A stretch of 64,000 bases of DNA from Sphingomicrobium sp. (GTDB lineage Bacteria; Pseudomonadota; Alphaproteobacteria; Sphingomonadales; Sphingomonadaceae): assembly GCA_045811185.1 (NCBI GenBank), contig JBJMUN010000046.1, forward strand, positions 10,160 through 74,159. The letters run 5' to 3'. The position numbers and the translations under genes were made by a program. Below are positions 59,830 to 64,000 of this stretch, piece by piece. Each line of letters begins with the position of its first letter. Within the stretch, counting starts at the first letter, position 1. The notes under the pieces were generated by a model. It was not told where the DNA came from. It was given only the letters and a program-made list of their open reading frames with translations, and made no database searches.

Positions 59830-62800
59830 TCATCCTTCGAGAGCGGCCATCAGGCTCGCGTTTCCGCCAGCCGCGGTCGTGTCGATACACGTCACGCGCT
59901 CGGTGGCGAAACGGGCCACATAATGCGGGCCGCCAGCCTTCGGACCGGTGCCGCTAAGTCCCTCGCCGCCAAATGGCTGGCTCTCGACGACGGCTCCGAT
60001 CTGATTGCGGTTGACGTAGAAATTGCCGACCCGGGCATGCTCCTCGACATAATCACGGACCGTGTCGATTCGGCTCTGCAGCCCGAGCGTCAGACCGTAA
60101 CCGGTGGCATTGATGGCATTCACTACCTGCTCGAGCCGGTCCCCGGCGAAGCGAATGATGTGCAGGATCGGTCCGAAATTCTCGCGATTGAGATCGGTTA
60201 GCGCGCCGATCTCGTACATGGCGGGCGCAACGAAACTGCCGTGAGCGGCTTCGTTCGGCACCTGAATACGGCAGATGCGCTTCGCGTTCTTGTCGAGCCA
60301 GGCTAGATGCTCGTCGAGCGCGCGCTTCGCTTCCTCATCGATGACTGGTCCGACATCGGTCGAAAGATCGCGCGGGTCGCCGATCTTCAGCGCCTCCATC
60401 GCGCCCGCGATCATCTTGACCATGCCGTCGGCGACATCTTCCTGCACGAATATCACCCGGCACGCAGAACAGCGCTGGCCAGCGCTCTGGAAGGCCGATG
60501 AGATGACGTCGCGAGTCACCTGCTCGGGCAGGGCCGAGCTGTCCACGATCATCGCATTCTGGCCGCCGGTTTCGGCAATGAAGGGAATGATCGGCCCGTC
60601 GCGCTCGGCAAGCGTTCGGTTGATGAGCCGCGCGGTTTCCGTCGAACCGGTAAAGGCAACTCCGCCGAGCATCGGGTGAGCCGTAAGGGCAGCGCCGACG
60701 CGGCCATCGCCCGGGGCAAGCTGGACCACGTCCTTCGGAAAGCCGGCCTGATGGAACAGGTCGATGGCGAAACCGCCGATCAGCGGCGTCTGCTCGGCGG
60801 GCTTGGCGATCGCCGTGTTCCCCGCAGCGAGCGCCGCCGCAACGGGACCCGTGAAAATGGCAAGCGGGAAGTTCCACGGACTGATGCACGCGAAAACCCC
60901 GCGCCCATGCAGGCGCAGCTCGTTATGTTCGCCGGTGGGTCCGGGCAGCCGCAGCGGCCTCGTGAATTGCCGGCGTGCTTCCGACGCATAAAAGCGCAGG
61001 AAATCGACCGCTTCGCGCACCTCAAGGATTGCATCCGGGAGTGTCTTCCCGCCTTCCCGAATGCACAGCGAATAAAAGAGCTCGCGATTGTCCTCGTAAA
61101 GGTCGGCGGTTCGCTCGAGAAGGCGTGCCCGAGCCTCGCCGCCAAGCGCATCCCAATCGACCTGAGCAGCATGACCGGCATTGACCATGCGGTCGACCTC
61201 ATCGGCACTTGCTTCAAAGACAGTACCGACTTCGATGCGGCGATCATGCGGCGACACGACGGCGCGCGCCTTGCCCTTTCCAAGCGTCGGCTTTGCAGTC
61301 CAGCTCCGCCTTTCAAGCGCTCTTAGGCGCTCGAGGACCGGCTCGCGTTCAAGCGGATCGGAAAGGTCGAGACCCGCGCTATTGTGGCGCTCGGCGCCGA
61401 ACACGTCGCCCGGTAAGGCGATTTTCGGATTGCGCTTGGGCTGCAGCGCTTCGAGCTCGGCCACCGGATCGCGAACCAGCTCGTCGATCGAAACCTGCTC
61501 ATCGGCGATGCGATTGACGAAGCTGGAGTTTGCACCGTTCTCAAGCAGGCGGCGCACGAGGTAAGCGAGTAGCTCCTTGTGGCTTCCAACCGGCGCGTAG
61601 ATGCGAACGGGCGTTCGCTCATCGCCGAGATGTCGCTCGAGCTCGACAAGCTCTTCGTAAAGTTCCTCGCCCATGCCGTGCAGGCGCTGGAACTCGAACT
61701 GCTTGCCGTGGGCGAGTGCCTTCACCTGGCCGATCGTATTGGCGTTGTGGGTCGCGAACGCCGGATAGATGACGTCACTGGCCGCCAGCAGCTTGCGCGC
61801 ACATGCGAGGTAGGAAACATCGGTAGCAACCTTGCGCGTCCATACCGGGTAATCCGTGAGTCCGCCGACCTGCGCGAACTTGATCTCGGTGTCCCAATAA
61901 GCGCCCTTGACGAGGCGCACCATGAGCTTGCGACCATGTGCCCGCGCGGCTTCGATCACCCAGTCGCACAAGGGTGCGGCGCGCTTCTGGTAAGCCTGGA
62001 GCGCCAGCCCGAATCCGCCCCAACTGTTTGCGAAGAGCGCGTCGTCCGCGAGCAACGCCTCGAACACGTCCATCTGCAGCTCGAGGCGATCCGCTTCCTC
62101 TGCGTCGATCGTGAAATGGACGTCCGCCTTGGATGCTTTGAGCGCGAGCTCGCGAACCACGGGAATGACGTACGCGAGCGCTTCCTCACGGTGGGTATAT
62201 TCGAACCGCGGATGCAGCGCCGTCAGCTTGACCGAAATGCCCGGCGACTTGCGAAAACCACCCTTGGCTTCCTCCCCAATGCGGTCGAGGGCGCCGTGGT
62301 AGGCTTGGGCGTAGCGCTGCGCGTCCTCGAACGTCTTTGCGGCCTCGCCCAGCATATCGAAGCTGTGACTGAGCCCCTGCCGCAGCTCCGGGCCCGCTCG
62401 CTTCAGCGCCTCGTCAATGGTTCGGCCGAATACGAAGTTGCGACCGAGGATCTTCATCGCCTCACGGACGGCGGTGCGCACTACAGGCTCGCCAAGGCGG
62501 CCCACCGCACGGCCGAGCGCCGCCTTCCAGTTATCGGAACGATCCTGCGCGCCTTCCAGCACCTTGCCGGTGAGAAGCAGCGAGAAGGTCGCCGCGTTGA
62601 CGAACGCGGAGCCGGAGCGCCCGAGCTTGTCGGACCAGTCAGGCCCCGAAAGCTTGTCAGCGATCAGCTCGTCGGCCGTATGCGCATCCGGAATACGAAG
62701 CAGAGCCTCCGCAAGGCACATCATTGCAATGCCCTCGTCGGAGCCAAGATCGTAGGCATGCAGGAAAGCATCGACGCCTGAGGGCTTGTGCGCTCGAACG

Positions 62801-62943
62801 CCCTTGACCAGCGCTCGCGCCGTTGCGGTTGCTTCGCCAAGCTCGGTCGAGTTCAGCCGCGCCTGGTGCATGCGCTCCAGCACCACCTGCTCTTCGTCGG
62901 GCCGATAGGCGCGGCGTAGCTCGGTCCGGTCGATCGGGCTCAC
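59830..62943 (-). CDS. putA: Bifunctional proline dehydrogenase / P5C dehydrogenase
   Basis: SHSFDMLGE, RLVKGAYWD.EIK, FATHN, RRLLENGANSSF, ETGGQNAM, GQRCSAC; GTG start 15 nt after the secA stop. Confidence 0.97.
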   Translation of the reverse strand: MSPIDRTELRRAYRPDEEQVVLERMHQARLNSTELGEATATARALVKGVRAHKPSGVDAFLHAYDLGSDEGIAMMCLAEALLRIPDAHTADELIADKLSGPDWSDKLGRSGSAFVNAATFSLLLTGKVLEGAQDRSDNWKAALGRAVGRLGEPVVRTAVREAMKILGRNFVFGRTIDEALKRAGPELRQGLSHSFDMLGEAAKTFEDAQRYAQAYHGALDRIGEEAKGGFRKSPGISVKLTALHPRFEYTHREEALAYVIPVVRELALKASKADVHFTIDAEEADRLELQMDVFEALLADDALFANSWGGFGLALQAYQKRAAPLCDWVIEAARAHGRKLMVRLVKGAYWDTEIKFAQVGGLTDYPVWTRKVATDVSYLACARKLLAASDVIYPAFATHNANTIGQVKALAHGKQFEFQRLHGMGEELYEELVELERHLGDERTPVRIYAPVGSHKELLAYLVRRLLENGANSSFVNRIADEQVSIDELVRDPVAELEALQPKRNPKIALPGDVFGAERHNSAGLDLSDPLEREPVLERLRALERRSWTAKPTLGKGKARAVVSPHDRRIEVGTVFEASADEVDRMVNAGHAAQVDWDALGGEARARLLERTADLYEDNRELFYSLCIREGGKTLPDAILEVREAVDFLRFYASEARRQFTRPLRLPGPTGEHNELRLHGRGVFACISPWNFPLAIFTGPVAAALAAGNTAIAKPAEQTPLIGGFAIDLFHQAGFPKDVVQLAPGDGRVGAALTAHPMLGGVAFTGSTETARLINRTLAERDGPIIPFIAETGGQNAMIVDSSALPEQVTRDVISSAFQSAGQRCSACRVIFVQEDVADGMVKMIAGAMEALKIGDPRDLSTDVGPVIDEEAKRALDEHLAWLDKNAKRICRIQVPNEAAHGSFVAPAMYEIGALTDLNRENFGPILHIIRFAGDRLEQVVNAINATGYGLTLGLQSRIDTVRDYVEEHARVGNFYVNRNQIGAVVESQPFGGEGLSGTGPKAGGPHYVARFATERVTCIDTTAAGGNASLMAALEG

Positions 62944-62957
62944 TGCGGCAGCAGCGC

Positions 62958-64000
62958 TTACGCGAGCTGGCCGTGGCAATGCTTGTACTTCTTGCCCGAG
63001 CCGCACGGGCACGGAGCGTTACGGCTGATCGGCGCTTCGACGACATTGCCGGCCTCATCTCGCTGCGGAAGGCCCGGCTGCGGAATGTTCAGGAGCGGCA
63101 GCGCACCTGGCATCAGGCCCCGCGCCGCAGCGTCGATGTCCGCCGTGTCGTCATCGGCCGAGAACGGATCGAGGTGCTGGGTGATGAAGTCCGGCAGTTC
63201 CGGCAGAGGAGCCGGCTCGAGCTGGACTTGGGCTCGCATCAGGATCCGGGTCACTTCCTCACGGATCGAGACCAGCAGCCGCTCGAACAGCAGGAACGCT
63301 TCCTGCTTGTATTCGTCGATCGGCTTCTTCTGCGCATAACTGCGCAGGTGAATCACCTGCCGCAGCGCATCGAGCGTCGCGAGGTGCTCTTTCCAGTTGT
63401 GATCCAGCGTCTGGATCAGGACCTGCTTCTCGATCTCGCTCCAGCGCTCCGGTTCGATGTCGGCAAGCTTGGCCGCCATCACGTCATCGGCGAGCTTCTG
63501 GACCCGCTCCATGATCATCTCGGGATCGACGGCCTCTTCCTCCAGCCACTCGTCGATCGGCGGCTGAAGGCCGAACACCTCGTCGATGCTTTGCTTCAGC
63601 GTTTCGACGTTCCACTGCTCCGGATACGTCCCCTGAGGGCAACTCACCGCAACGATCGCGGCGGCTGTCTCGATGCGCATGTCATTGATGACGTCACCGA
63701 CGCTCTCGGCATCCATGATGTCGGCGCGCTGCTCGTAAATGACCTTGCGCTGGTCATTCATCACGTCGTCGAATTCGACGACCTGCTTGCGGATGTCGTA
63801 GTTGCGCGCCTCGACCTTCTTCTGGGCGGTCTCGATGGCCTTCGACATCCACTTGTGGGTGAGCGCCTCGCCTTCCTCGAGCTGGCTGTTCATCAGGCGC
63901 GCGAACATCGTCTGCGGGCCGAAGATGCGCAGCAGGTCATCATCGAGGCTGAGGTAGAATTTCGAAAGCCCGGGGTCGCCCTGGCGGCCCGAACGGCCGC
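62958..64000 (-). CDS. secA: Preprotein translocase SecA, C-terminal part (runs off the window end)
   Basis: [31 protein letters not shown], zinc motif [18 protein letters not shown]. Confidence 0.98.
   Translation of the reverse strand, partial: GRSGRQGDPGLSKFYLSLDDDLLRIFGPQTMFARLMNSQLEEGEALTHKWMSKAIETAQKKVEARNYDIRKQVVEFDDVMNDQRKVIYEQRADIMDAESVGDVINDMRIETAAAIVAVSCPQGTYPEQWNVETLKQSIDEVFGLQPPIDEWLEEEAVDPEMIMERVQKLADDVMAAKLADIEPERWSEIEKQVLIQTLDHNWKEHLATLDALRQVIHLRSYAQKKPIDEYKQEAFLLFERLLVSIREEVTRILMRAQVQLEPAPLPELPDFITQHLDPFSADDDTADIDAAARGLMPGALPLLNIPQPGLPQRDEAGNVVEAPISRNAPCPCGSGKKYKHCHGQLA

Overview
GC-rich alphaproteobacterial chromosomal window; gene content and order point to Sphingomonadaceae (Sphingomonas-like). 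The core genes are gyrA, trmFO, pdhAB, ftsB, eno, greA, carAB, dnaG-rpoD, msrB, panD, tyrS, recG, sdhE, mfd, NAD kinase, putA, partial secA and three tRNAs (Pro-TGG, Ile2-CAT, Asn-GTT). Small accessory patches sit between them. I saw no prophage, integrase, transposase or CRISPR array. The most notable signals are: (1) a TIR-TolB_N-like-TPR protein in an accessory islet after rpoD, which also carries a repeated palindrome flanking a DUF2892 gene; (2) five sigma-EcfG-type (general stress response) promoters in front of small stress genes, one of them a release-factor-like host-attachment protein; (3) a LexA box over the -35 of a probably leaderless PA0069 radical SAM gene; (4) a perfect 18-bp alternating purine-pyrimidine palindrome just upstream of the gyrA -35; (5) a His-retaining histidine-kinase-like protein with a degenerate ATP-binding domain; (6) a LytTR-type direct repeat upstream of an orphan 4-TM protein; (7) a sigma54 promoter on an orphan pspC; (8) an actinobacterial-looking panD beside an alpha-lytic-type protease; (9) two unknown exported proteins translationally coupled inside carA-carB. 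All family names come from motif recognition by eye. No database searches were run.
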